A DNA stretch of 64,000 nucleotides from Candidatus Nomurabacteria bacterium. GTDB lineage: Bacteria > Patescibacteriota > Minisyncoccia > Phycocordibacterales > UBA9973. Below the pieces are notes generated by a model that saw nothing but the letters and a program-made list of their open reading frames with translations, had not been told where the DNA came from and ran no database searches. Below are positions 18,563-27,364 of this stretch, piece after piece. How positions within the stretch are numbered: the first letter of the stretch is position 1; each line of letters begins with the position of its first letter. The stretch is taken from assembly GCA_026395955.1 (NCBI GenBank), contig JAPLXR010000007.1, forward strand, positions 65,957 through 129,956, read 5' to 3'. Made by a program: the position numbers and the translations under genes.

Positions 18563-19288
18563 ATGACTGCAATTTTATTATCAATAGCAACATTTATATC
18601 TACTTCTCTCGGAGGTTTGTTTTCTATTAAATATAAAGATAGATTACATTTGATAATGGGCTTCACTGCTGGGGTTTTGCTTGGTGTTGTTTCTTTTGAT
18701 ATTTTTCCAGAGATTATAGAACAAATTAAAATACATAATTTTGATTCTGTTTATCCGATGATTGCACTTGTCGCTGGTTTTTTACTTTTTCATATTTTAG
18801 AAAAATCTATGATGATTCATCATTCACACGAAGATGAATATGCTGACCATAAACATCCACACGTAGGAAAATTTTCTGCATTAGCCTTAGCAGGGCATAG
18901 TTTTATGGATGGGGTAGGTATAGGTCTCGGTTTTCAAGTTAATACTGCTGTCGGTATTGCTGTCGCATTGGCTGTTATAGCTCATGATTTTACTGACGGA
19001 ATGAACACTGTAACTCTCATGCTGACAAGTAAAAATACTGTTAAAAATGCAAAATGGTTTTTATTGCTCGATGCTGTTACTCCTACCCTCGGAGTCCTTT
19101 CGACTTTTCTATTTAAAGTATCAGATAATTTTCTAGTTTTATATCTCGGTTTCTTTGCTGGATTTTTGCTCTATATAGGTGCGAGTGATATTTTACCTGA
19201 AGCGCATAGTAAACATAGCTCTATGAAGACCGTAGCCCTCACTATTTTCGGAGCACTTTTAGTCTTTATTTTAACTCGCTTTATATAG
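18563..19288 (+). CDS. ZIP family metal transporter
   Basis: FTAGVLL, His-rich loop HHSHEDEYADHKHPH, HSFMDG, AHDFTDG, LPEAH; the track start at 18503 lies inside the tRNA. Confidence 0.9.
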   Translation: MTAILLSIATFISTSLGGLFSIKYKDRLHLIMGFTAGVLLGVVSFDIFPEIIEQIKIHNFDSVYPMIALVAGFLLFHILEKSMMIHHSHEDEYADHKHPHVGKFSALALAGHSFMDGVGIGLGFQVNTAVGIAVALAVIAHDFTDGMNTVTLMLTSKNTVKNAKWFLLLDAVTPTLGVLSTFLFKVSDNFLVLYLGFFAGFLLYIGASDILPEAHSKHSSMKTVALTIFGALLVFILTRFI

Positions 19289-19328
19289 TCTTCTCTATAA
19301 AAGCCTTATTTTATAAGGTTTTTATCTA

Positions 19329-19453
19329 TTGACTTTTACATATAAATATGATATACTTGTATTATAGAAGGTTATTTGAAAAAAAGTTTTTAGGAGTTGC
19401 CAGATATTCTAATTATTTATTGGAATTTGTGATAACTCTTAAAAACAAAACAA
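19329..19453 (+). promoter_or_regulatory. Sigma70 promoter plus structured leader with boxA-like motif
   Basis: TTGACT-17-TATACT, gttatttgaaaa, hairpin 19388-19444; closely parallels 5608-5777. Confidence 0.65.
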
Positions 19454-20083
19454 ATGAAAAAAATCAGTTTACTTTTAGTCGTATTCGCTGTAATAAGCTG
19501 GAGTACAAAAATGAATGCACAAACTTCCTGGCATTTTACAGGATTTTCAATTAACACTGATACAACTTTTGTGAACAGTGGTGGATGGTTTATGGATGCA
19601 GATTCTCTAAAATTTATTGATCACTCGTATTGTACGAATGGCCAGATAGTTTTATGGAGATGGAAGTTTCAGGGTGCTGATAATAATGACACCTTAGCTC
19701 AATACACCTCGTATGTTCATGACATAACTAGGAAATGGAGTAATCCAGGATATTATAGAGTTGAGTTAGGAACACTCGATAGTTTCGGACAATGGAATAT
19801 CCTAAACGTAGGTGTTCATATTGCTTTTTCAATTGCTACTGGTATCAGTGAAAATTCTGAAGTTGCATTTTCACTTTATCCAAATCCTGCAAATGAAAAT
19901 ATTACAATTGATTTACCTTTAAATGGTAGAGAAAGTAATGTTGAAATTATAGACGTCACAGGTAGGCTAATTCTTTCATTAAAAGTTTCCGGTAAACAAA
20001 ATATAGATGTGTCGTCTTTTAAAGACGGTGTCTATTTTTTGAAAAATGGAAATACAACAAAGAAATTTATTGTTGCTCATTAA
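19454..20083 (+). CDS. Secreted protein with PKD-like domain and T9SS type A C-terminal sorting domain
   Basis: Signal peptide ending MNA-Q; LYPNPA...IIDVTGR...IDVSSFKDGVYFLK...KKFIV tail. Confidence 0.85.
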   Translation: MKKISLLLVVFAVISWSTKMNAQTSWHFTGFSINTDTTFVNSGGWFMDADSLKFIDHSYCTNGQIVLWRWKFQGADNNDTLAQYTSYVHDITRKWSNPGYYRVELGTLDSFGQWNILNVGVHIAFSIATGISENSEVAFSLYPNPANENITIDLPLNGRESNVEIIDVTGRLILSLKVSGKQNIDVSSFKDGVYFLKNGNTTKKFIVAH

Positions 20084-20162
20084 ATAGAGTAATACTAAAT
20101 AAAAGTCCTTGCAGAAATGTAAGGGCTTTTTTTATTGGTAAATTTTATGCGATAATAGAGGG

Positions 20163-21440
20163 ATGAGAAAAGAGATAGAGAAAAATATAAAACAATATTG
20201 GAAAAGCTTGGGTCCAGGACTCACGACAGGGGCCGCTGATGATGATCCATCTGGTATTGCGACTTATTCTCAAACAGGTGCGAAATACGGTTTCGGCTTT
20301 ACTTGGCTTGCTCTTTTTACTATTCCATTGATGTCTGTAGTACAAGAAATGTGTGCACGTATCGGTATGGTCACAGGTCAGGGTCTCGCTGCTAATATAA
20401 AAAAACATTATTCAAAAAAAGTTTTGTATTTTTGTACCGCACTTTTGCTTTTTGCTAATACTTTTAACATCGGGGCTGATCTAGGTGCTATGTCTCAGGG
20501 GACACAGCTGATTTTTCCTCATTTAAATTTTGCATTACTTGTTGTATTGTTCGCAATTTTATCTTTAGTTTTTCAGATTTTTATTCCATATAAAACTTAT
20601 GCGAAATATTTAAAGTATTTAACATTTGTTTTATTGGCTTATATTTTTTCTGCTTTGATGGTAGATATGGATTGGTATGAAGTTTTACGTCACACTTTTG
20701 TACCTAGTATGTCTTTTTCAAAAGACAGTATCATTTTACTTTCTGCTATTTTAGGAACAACTATTTCTCCTTATTTGTTTTTCTGGCAAACTTCTCAAGA
20801 AGTAGAAGAGCATATTCTCTCTGGAGAGGTAGACGAATTACAAAAAGATGAAAATGAAATAAATTCTGATATTAAAAAAATGCGCATCGATGTTTGGAGT
20901 GGAATGTTTTTTTCAAACCTCGTTATGTTTTTCATAATCATTGCTTGTGCCTCGACTTTATTCAAAGAAGGAATTACAAATATCGGTACAGCAGCTGATG
21001 CAGCGAAAGCCCTTGAACCTTTTGCAGGACATTTTGCTTCGTTGCTTTTTGCTATTGGAATTATCGGTACTGGATTTTTAGCTATCCCTGTTCTGGCTGG
21101 TGCGAATTCATATGCAGTATCTGAATGTTTTAATTGGAAAGAGGGACTTTATAGAAAATGGAATGAAGCAATAGCTTTTTATGGAGTTATTGTTGTAGCT
21201 GTTGGTTTAGGTATTCTTTTGAATTTTATTGGCCTTGATCCTATCAAAGCACTTATTTATTCAGCTGTTTTAAATGGCTTAGTTGCACCAGTAATTCTTT
21301 TCTTGATTGTACGACTTTCTTCTAACGAAGAAATAATGGGTAAATTTAAAAGTCGCCCTATTACAAAGATAGTAGGGTGGATAGCTGTTTCCTTGATGGC
21401 TATTGTTGGTGTGGCTACTATTATATCTCTCTGGCTTTGA
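20163..21440 (+). CDS. NRAMP family divalent metal transporter
   Basis: GPGL.TGAADDDPSGIATYSQ, GTTISPY motifs. Confidence 0.92.
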   Translation: MRKEIEKNIKQYWKSLGPGLTTGAADDDPSGIATYSQTGAKYGFGFTWLALFTIPLMSVVQEMCARIGMVTGQGLAANIKKHYSKKVLYFCTALLLFANTFNIGADLGAMSQGTQLIFPHLNFALLVVLFAILSLVFQIFIPYKTYAKYLKYLTFVLLAYIFSALMVDMDWYEVLRHTFVPSMSFSKDSIILLSAILGTTISPYLFFWQTSQEVEEHILSGEVDELQKDENEINSDIKKMRIDVWSGMFFSNLVMFFIIIACASTLFKEGITNIGTAADAAKALEPFAGHFASLLFAIGIIGTGFLAIPVLAGANSYAVSECFNWKEGLYRKWNEAIAFYGVIVVAVGLGILLNFIGLDPIKALIYSAVLNGLVAPVILFLIVRLSSNEEIMGKFKSRPITKIVGWIAVSLMAIVGVATIISLWL

Positions 21441-21533
21441 TTATTTTAAGTGTGCTATAATTAAGATATTACAAATTAGCGCTAAAGCCAGTCAGCTTTA
21501 GTTGAAAATTATTAAATAAATTAAATATAAAAT

Positions 21534-21992
21534 ATGAGTAAAAATATGAGTTTAGGTTTGTCAGTTTTAGTTATGGCTATCGTAGTAGCCGGTGCAATCT
21601 TTTTTACAATTAATCACAAAGAAAATAAAATGCCAGCAGACAATCAAAATAATAATATAGTTTCAAATAATCAAAACACAGCTTCTCAAGACGGAAGACT
21701 TACACAAGCAGGAGATACAGTCGCTATGAATTACACAGGTTCACTTGAAAATGGAACTGTTTTTGATTCAAATGTTGATCCAAAATTCCAACACGTAGAA
21801 CCATTTGTATTTACTCTAGGTGCTGGTCAAGTTATCAAAGGTTGGGATAATGGTCTTGTAGGAATGAAAGTTGGTGAAAAGAGACATTTAGTTATCAAAC
21901 CTGAAGATGCTTATGGTAAGACAGGAGCAGGAAAAATAATTCCACCAAATTCAACTCTAATCTTTGACGTAGAACTCTTAGCTATTAAATAG
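21534..21992 (+). CDS. FKBP-type peptidyl-prolyl isomerase with N-terminal TM
   Basis: [34 protein letters not shown]. Confidence 0.95.
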   Translation: MSKNMSLGLSVLVMAIVVAGAIFFTINHKENKMPADNQNNNIVSNNQNTASQDGRLTQAGDTVAMNYTGSLENGTVFDSNVDPKFQHVEPFVFTLGAGQVIKGWDNGLVGMKVGEKRHLVIKPEDAYGKTGAGKIIPPNSTLIFDVELLAIK

Positions 21993-22017
21993 TAATCCCG
22001 TTTACGGGGAATAAAAA

Positions 22018-22800
22018 ATGGAAACACTTTGGACAAATAAAAAGTTTATTAAGGTATCTGTAATCTTTGTTGTTTTGTTGTGCATATTTACCTTTATGGG
22101 TATATGTAAAGAAAATCATAATTCTTTTAAAGATATAAATAATCAAAATACTATCGTGTTCAATGGTCATGGAGAAGTTAAAGCAGTTCCTGATATTGCA
22201 AATGTATATTTTACAATTCACAAAGAAGCAAAAACTGTAAAAGAAGCTCAAGCAGGAGTCGCTAGTATTGAAAAAGCATCACTCGACTTTTTGAAGACAA
22301 AAAATATCTTGGATAAAGACATAAAGACCACAAATTCTTCATTTAATCCAAAATACGAAAACCAAGCATTGGTTCCTTGTACTCAATTTGGTTGTCCTCC
22401 TAGTAATAATGTTATTGTTGGTTACGAATCAAGTGAAAATATTACTGTAAAAGTTCGTAATACAGACGATGCTGGAGCTATTATGCAAGGATTGGGAACA
22501 TTAGGAGTAGAACAGCTTTCAGGCCCTGATTTTGCTATCGATGATACTGACGCACTACAAATACAAGCTCGTGAAAAGGCTATCTTAGATGCAAAGACAA
22601 AAGCAGCACTTTTAGCAAAAGATCTGGGTATACGTTTGGGTAAAATTACTTCCTTTTCAGAAGGAACAAATTATCCTGTACCTATGATGTATGCGAAGGC
22701 TGATATGGCTGTAGCAGGAGTGTCTTCTGCACCAGCCATAATACCAAAAGGTGAGAACACAATCACCTCAGATGTGACTATTACCTATGAAATAAGATAA
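22018..22800 (+). CDS. SIMPL/DUF541 domain protein
   Basis: G.GEV.AVPD.A, AREKAILDAK.KA..LA, GE..I...V...Y. Confidence 0.9.
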   Translation: METLWTNKKFIKVSVIFVVLLCIFTFMGICKENHNSFKDINNQNTIVFNGHGEVKAVPDIANVYFTIHKEAKTVKEAQAGVASIEKASLDFLKTKNILDKDIKTTNSSFNPKYENQALVPCTQFGCPPSNNVIVGYESSENITVKVRNTDDAGAIMQGLGTLGVEQLSGPDFAIDDTDALQIQAREKAILDAKTKAALLAKDLGIRLGKITSFSEGTNYPVPMMYAKADMAVAGVSSAPAIIPKGENTITSDVTITYEIR

Positions 22801-22885
22801 TTTGACTATTTTATAGAAAAAGAGTATATTTAAAAGAGCCCTTCGCGGGGCTTTTTTAAGAGGATTTCTAATATTTTAAAATTAT

Positions 22886-23074
22886 ATGATGTCAAAAATT
22901 AAAGAATATTTCGCAGATACAAAAACAGAATTGAAACATGTAAATTGGCCTACAAAAATGCAAACTATTTACTATACATTGATAGTAGTAGTTCTTTCTG
23001 TTGGTTTGGCTTATATATTAGGATTGTTTGATTTTTTGTTTTCTAAAGGTCTAGAAAAAGTAATTGCTATATAA
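22886..23074 (+). CDS. secE: Preprotein translocase subunit SecE
   Basis: ELKHVNWPT motif plus TM; directly before nusG. Confidence 0.95.
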   Translation: MMSKIKEYFADTKTELKHVNWPTKMQTIYYTLIVVVLSVGLAYILGLFDFLFSKGLEKVIAI

Positions 23075-23093
23075 TAATTAATTTAAATAATTT

Positions 23094-23639
23094 ATGTCTA
23101 AACAAGAAACACAAGGAGAGAGAAATTGGTATGCTATCCATACTTATGCTGGATATGAAAATGCAGTTTTGCGTAACCTAAAACAACGTATCGAATCTCT
23201 AGGTATGCAAGAAAAGATTTTCAATGTCATTGTGCCTGTTGAGAAAAAAATAAAAATTAAAGCAGGGAAGAGAGTAGAATTAGAAGAAAAAATCTACCCT
23301 GGATACGTATTAGTAGATATGATTGTTACAGATGATTCATGGTACGTAGTTCGTAATACTCCTCGTGTTACAGGTTTCGTCGGAGCAGGAGTTAATCCAG
23401 TTCCATTGAAAAAAGACGAAGTTGATTACTTGTTCAAGAAAATGGATGCGGGTACTACAAAACATAACATTGACCTTGCGATAGATGAGACAGTTATGAT
23501 AGTAGACGGACCATTCAAGGAATTAGAAGGTAAAGTAAATGCAATTGATCAAGAAAGAGGTAAAGTAAAAGTCTTAGTTTCAATGTTCGGTCGTGAAACT
23601 CCAGTCGAATTAGACTTCTTGCAAGTAAAAAAGATTTAA
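23094..23639 (+). CDS. nusG: Transcription factor NusG
   Basis: WYAIHTYAGYE, YPGYVLV, VRNTPRVTGF, KOW MFGRETPVEL. Confidence 0.97.
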   Translation: MSKQETQGERNWYAIHTYAGYENAVLRNLKQRIESLGMQEKIFNVIVPVEKKIKIKAGKRVELEEKIYPGYVLVDMIVTDDSWYVVRNTPRVTGFVGAGVNPVPLKKDEVDYLFKKMDAGTTKHNIDLAIDETVMIVDGPFKELEGKVNAIDQERGKVKVLVSMFGRETPVELDFLQVKKI

Positions 23640-23655
23640 TATAGTATAAAAATAT

Positions 23656-24081
23656 ATGGCAAAGAAAATAACAAAGAAAATTAAATTACAAATCATGGGT
23701 GGAAGAGCAACTCCTGCTCCTCCTCTTGGTCCCGCCCTCGGACAAGCTGGTATAAACATTAGTGATTTCGTTACTAAGTTTAATGCCGCAACATCATCTA
23801 TGATGGGTGAAAAGGTAGGATGTATCGTATCTGTTTACGAAGATCGTACATATGATTTCGTTATCAAAACTCCTCCTGCTACAGACCTTATCTTAAAGGC
23901 TGCTGGTGTAGAAAAAGGTTCAGGAAAGCCTAATACATCTAAAGTTGGAAAGATTACTCGTGCTCAAGCTTTAGAAATCGGAAAGAAAAAAGCTGTTGAT
24001 CTAAATGCTAAGGACGATGAAGGATTGATAGCTATTATTGCTGGTTCTGCTCGCAGTGCTGGTATTGAAGTAAAAGGTTAA
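23656..24081 (+). CDS. rplK: 50S ribosomal protein L11
   Basis: ATPAPPLGPALGQ, KTPPA, GSARSAGI. Confidence 0.97.
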   Translation: MAKKITKKIKLQIMGGRATPAPPLGPALGQAGINISDFVTKFNAATSSMMGEKVGCIVSVYEDRTYDFVIKTPPATDLILKAAGVEKGSGKPNTSKVGKITRAQALEIGKKKAVDLNAKDDEGLIAIIAGSARSAGIEVKG

Positions 24082-24087
24082 TATTTA

Positions 24088-24123
24088 AAAACAAAAATCC
24101 GCCTTGTGCGGATTTTTGTTTTG
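24088..24123 (+). terminator. Intrinsic terminator after rplK
   Basis: aaaacaaaaatccgc / gcggatttttgtttt. Confidence 0.8.
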
Positions 24124-24164
24124 TGTTAATTTGAAAGTAAATCAATCTTTTAAAATAATACAAA

Positions 24165-24779
24165 ATGCAAGAATTAAGAAAAATTGGATTTGATGCAGAC
24201 GACACGATAATCCTTACATTAAAACTGTTGAATGAATTTTATAATTCTAAATACAATAAAAAAATTAGAATTAAAGACTATGAAATATATGATTTTTCTA
24301 AAGTATGGGGAGTAAGTCGTGGAAGGGTTGTAGAAATTGTTAATTTGTTTTACAAAAGTGAATTATATAAACAAGTAAAAATCGCTGATGGTGCCTATGA
24401 AGCTGTTGATTATTTATTTAAAGAATATGATCTTCCTATAATTACTTCACGAAGCGAAGATGCCGAAGAACACCTTAGGTTTACATTATTAAAATTATTT
24501 CATCCTGATCACTTTTCATCTGTTCATTCTGTTGGTTGGGGAATACATTCAAATATGGAAAAATGGGAAAAATGTAAACAATTAGAAATTTCTATTTTGA
24601 TCGATGATTATCATTCACATTTGATTTCTGCAGCAAAACAAGGAATATATGGAATATTAATTCCAGCACCTTGGAATAAAAATATTACAGATCTGCCAAA
24701 AGAGATTTTTCGTGTTAGAAATTTAAGTGAAGCTGTGGACGTTGTTGAAAAGAATAAAAAAATAATATGGACACAGTAA
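24165..24779 (+). CDS. HAD-family 5'(3')-deoxyribonucleotidase-like protein
   Basis: IGFDADDT, IITSR, LIDD, PWN motifs. Confidence 0.8.
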   Translation: MQELRKIGFDADDTIILTLKLLNEFYNSKYNKKIRIKDYEIYDFSKVWGVSRGRVVEIVNLFYKSELYKQVKIADGAYEAVDYLFKEYDLPIITSRSEDAEEHLRFTLLKLFHPDHFSSVHSVGWGIHSNMEKWEKCKQLEISILIDDYHSHLISAAKQGIYGILIPAPWNKNITDLPKEIFRVRNLSEAVDVVEKNKKIIWTQ

Positions 24780-24837
24780 TAAAGAGCCCTAGCATTGGGG
24801 CTCTTTTCTTTTATATTTATTATTGTATACTTTGCAT

Positions 24838-25338
24838 ATGTCAGACACAGATAAACTATCGCATAAAAGACCATCTTGGGACGAATACTTTTTAGAAATA
24901 ATGGACACAGTAGCCAAGAGAGCTAGCTGTGATAGGGGACGCTCTGGTTGTGTAATTGTCAAAGATAATAGAATCCTCGCTACTGGTTATGTCGGTGCTC
25001 CGGCTGGAGTAAAAAGCTGTGATGATGCAGGGCATGAAATGCATACAGTGATACATGCTGATGGTACACAATCACAGCATTGTATTCGTACAGCTCATGC
25101 TGAACAGAATGCTATCGTGCATGCTGCTCGTACTGGTGTAGCACTTTTAGGTGGAACATTGTACTGCAATATGACTCCTTGTTATGCTTGTGCGAAAATG
25201 ATTATTAATTCTGGAATTGTCAGAGTCGTTGCAAAGAAAGATTATCATGCAGGAGAAAGATCAAAAGAAATTTTCAAAGAAGCTGGAGTTAAATATGAAC
25301 TTATAAATAACGAAGTCGAAACATATACTAATCAATAA
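24838..25338 (+). CDS. dCMP deaminase (ComEB family)
   Basis: RPSWDEYF, HAEQNA, PCYAC zinc motifs. Confidence 0.92.
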   Translation: MSDTDKLSHKRPSWDEYFLEIMDTVAKRASCDRGRSGCVIVKDNRILATGYVGAPAGVKSCDDAGHEMHTVIHADGTQSQHCIRTAHAEQNAIVHAARTGVALLGGTLYCNMTPCYACAKMIINSGIVRVVAKKDYHAGERSKEIFKEAGVKYELINNEVETYTNQ

Positions 25339-25347
25339 ATAAATTTT

Positions 25348-25680
25348 ATGTCTGTTGATCTAAAAGAATTACAAAAAGAGGTGATGAGGAACAAGATTGA
25401 AAAAGGTTTCAACACTACTGATGTAGCATTGGAATTTTGTCGAGCTCACGAAGAACTCTCAGAAGCTTTTTCAAAGTTTAATAAAAATCAAGACGGCGTA
25501 GCAGAAGAATTCGCTGATGTTGCTGTATTTCTCCTCGGTATGTGTGAGATACTTGGTTTTGATTTGGAAAAAGAATTGGTTCGTAAAATTGAAATAAATA
25601 AAAATCGTAAATATAAAAAAGCTAAATCTCCAGACGGTAAAGATATTTTCATAAGAGAGAAAACAGACATAGATCCATAA
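25348..25680 (+). CDS. MazG-like nucleotide pyrophosphohydrolase
   Basis: EELSE...EEFADV acidic motif. Confidence 0.8.
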   Translation: MSVDLKELQKEVMRNKIEKGFNTTDVALEFCRAHEELSEAFSKFNKNQDGVAEEFADVAVFLLGMCEILGFDLEKELVRKIEINKNRKYKKAKSPDGKDIFIREKTDIDP

Positions 25681-25713
25681 ATAATAAAAGGCCCCTTGTG
25701 GGGCCTTTTTAGA

Positions 25714-26211
25714 TTAAAATTTTTCGTATTCTACAAATGAATACGGTTTCTCATTCCTTTCGTCAGCATCGTATCGTTCACGATTTGTTTCTCCAAAAAC
25801 TATTGGAATAATTTCCGGGAAAAATGCATCAGCATCTTTGTCTATTGCTTCTACATGAGTGATATATAGCTTGTCAGCAATTTTCATCGCTTCTCTGTAT
25901 ATTTGTTCACCACCAGTAATAAAAGCTTCTGTTGCTGTTTCATCTTGTCTAACTAGAGCGAGAGCTTCTTCGAGTGAATGAACCACTTCGATGTCTGGAG
26001 CTGTATAGTCTGCATTACGAGTAATTACGATATTTCGTCTTTTTGGTAATGCTTTACCTAAAGATTCAAAAGTCTTGCGACCCATGATTATTGGATGCCC
26101 TGAAGTAGTTTCTTGGAAATGTTTCAGGTCGGTCTTTAAACGCCATAGCAATTTATTATTTTTGCCGAGTTCGTTATTTTCACCTATAACTGCAATGATA
26201 GATATTTTCAT
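25714..26211 (-). CDS. folA: Dihydrofolate reductase
   Basis: LG.NN.LLW.L..DL..F, IMGRKTFES, GG.QIY, DAFFP. Confidence 0.95.
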   Translation of the reverse strand: MKISIIAVIGENNELGKNNKLLWRLKTDLKHFQETTSGHPIIMGRKTFESLGKALPKRRNIVITRNADYTAPDIEVVHSLEEALALVRQDETATEAFITGGEQIYREAMKIADKLYITHVEAIDKDADAFFPEIIPIVFGETNRERYDADERNEKPYSFVEYEKF

Positions 26212-26214
26212 AAT

Positions 26215-27168
26215 TTATACGGCTATTGGTGCTTTAATCATCGGATGAGGGTCATATCCAATAAGCTCAAAATCTTCAAAGACAAAATCTTCTATATTTT
26301 TTACTTCAGGATTTATTTTCATTGTCGGCATACTACGAATATCATTTTTACGTGAAATCTGAAGGTTCGCTTGTTCAAGGTGGTTTAAATATAAGTGTGT
26401 ATCTCCACCAGTCCAAATAAATTCTCCGAGTTCAAGTCCAGTGACTTGTGCCATCATCATAGTAAGCAATGCATACGAAGCAATGTTGTAGGGTACACCT
26501 AAAAAGGTGTCACAACTTCTTTGATATAACAGACAAGATAATTTATTGTCAGCTACATAAAACTGGAATATACAATGACATGGTGGAAGACCACTTACAG
26601 CCATTGCATCTAAGTCAGCAACATTCCATGCAGATACTATCATTCTTCGAGAATCAGGTTGTTTTTTTAATTGTTCAATGACAATTTTGATTTGATCGAT
26701 ATGTCCACCATTTGGTGTTGGCCAGTTCCTCCATTGGTAACCATAGATTGGTCCAAGGTCTCCATTTTCTTTTGCAAAAACTGGATCAGTTTTTATTTTT
26801 TCTACATATTCTTTCAATCCAGTTTTCCATTCATCACTTTCTGTCTTTGGTACAGGGATACCATTTTTCTTCAAATATGCTTTGTATGGCCATTCGTCCC
26901 AAATACCTACACCGTTATCAGCTAGATATTTTAAGTTTGTATCACCACGTAAGAACCAAATCAATTCATGAATGATTCCTTTCATGTGTACTTTTTTTGT
27001 TGTTAGGAGAGGGAAGCCATTTGCTAGATCGAATCGCATTTGATATCCGAAGACACTTTTTGTGCCTGTTCCTGTACGATCAGTTTTTGTCGCACCACTT
27101 TGTAAGATATGTTCCAATAATTTTAAATACTGGTTATCTACATGATTGTTGTTTTCCATATTTTCCAT
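26215..27168 (-). CDS. thyA: Thymidylate synthase
   Basis: DRTGTGT, ELIWF, LPPCH, YQRSCD.FLGVPYN; the true start may be the second Met at 27159. Confidence 0.97.
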   Translation of the reverse strand: MENMENNNHVDNQYLKLLEHILQSGATKTDRTGTGTKSVFGYQMRFDLANGFPLLTTKKVHMKGIIHELIWFLRGDTNLKYLADNGVGIWDEWPYKAYLKKNGIPVPKTESDEWKTGLKEYVEKIKTDPVFAKENGDLGPIYGYQWRNWPTPNGGHIDQIKIVIEQLKKQPDSRRMIVSAWNVADLDAMAVSGLPPCHCIFQFYVADNKLSCLLYQRSCDTFLGVPYNIASYALLTMMMAQVTGLELGEFIWTGGDTHLYLNHLEQANLQISRKNDIRSMPTMKINPEVKNIEDFVFEDFELIGYDPHPMIKAPIAV

Positions 27169-27236
27169 TGTACTATATTTATTATGTTAAGGTAATTATT
27201 TACTTTGAGTTTAGCATAATATAAATCTTTGTATAT

Positions 27237-27364
27237 TTGACAAAATAAGCACAAAATGCTATTCTTTAATTATCAATCTCACTCTTAATTAACGAGACTG
27301 AAACCTGTGGAAATCAATTATGACTTTTGTGTCGTGCGATTGGTTACCATGACACAAAAATTAT
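27237..27364 (+). promoter_or_regulatory. Promoter and bistable structured 5' leader of the DEAD-box helicase
   Basis: TTGACA-17-TATTCT; two mutually exclusive hairpins at 27306-27351 and 27325-27359. Confidence 0.6.
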
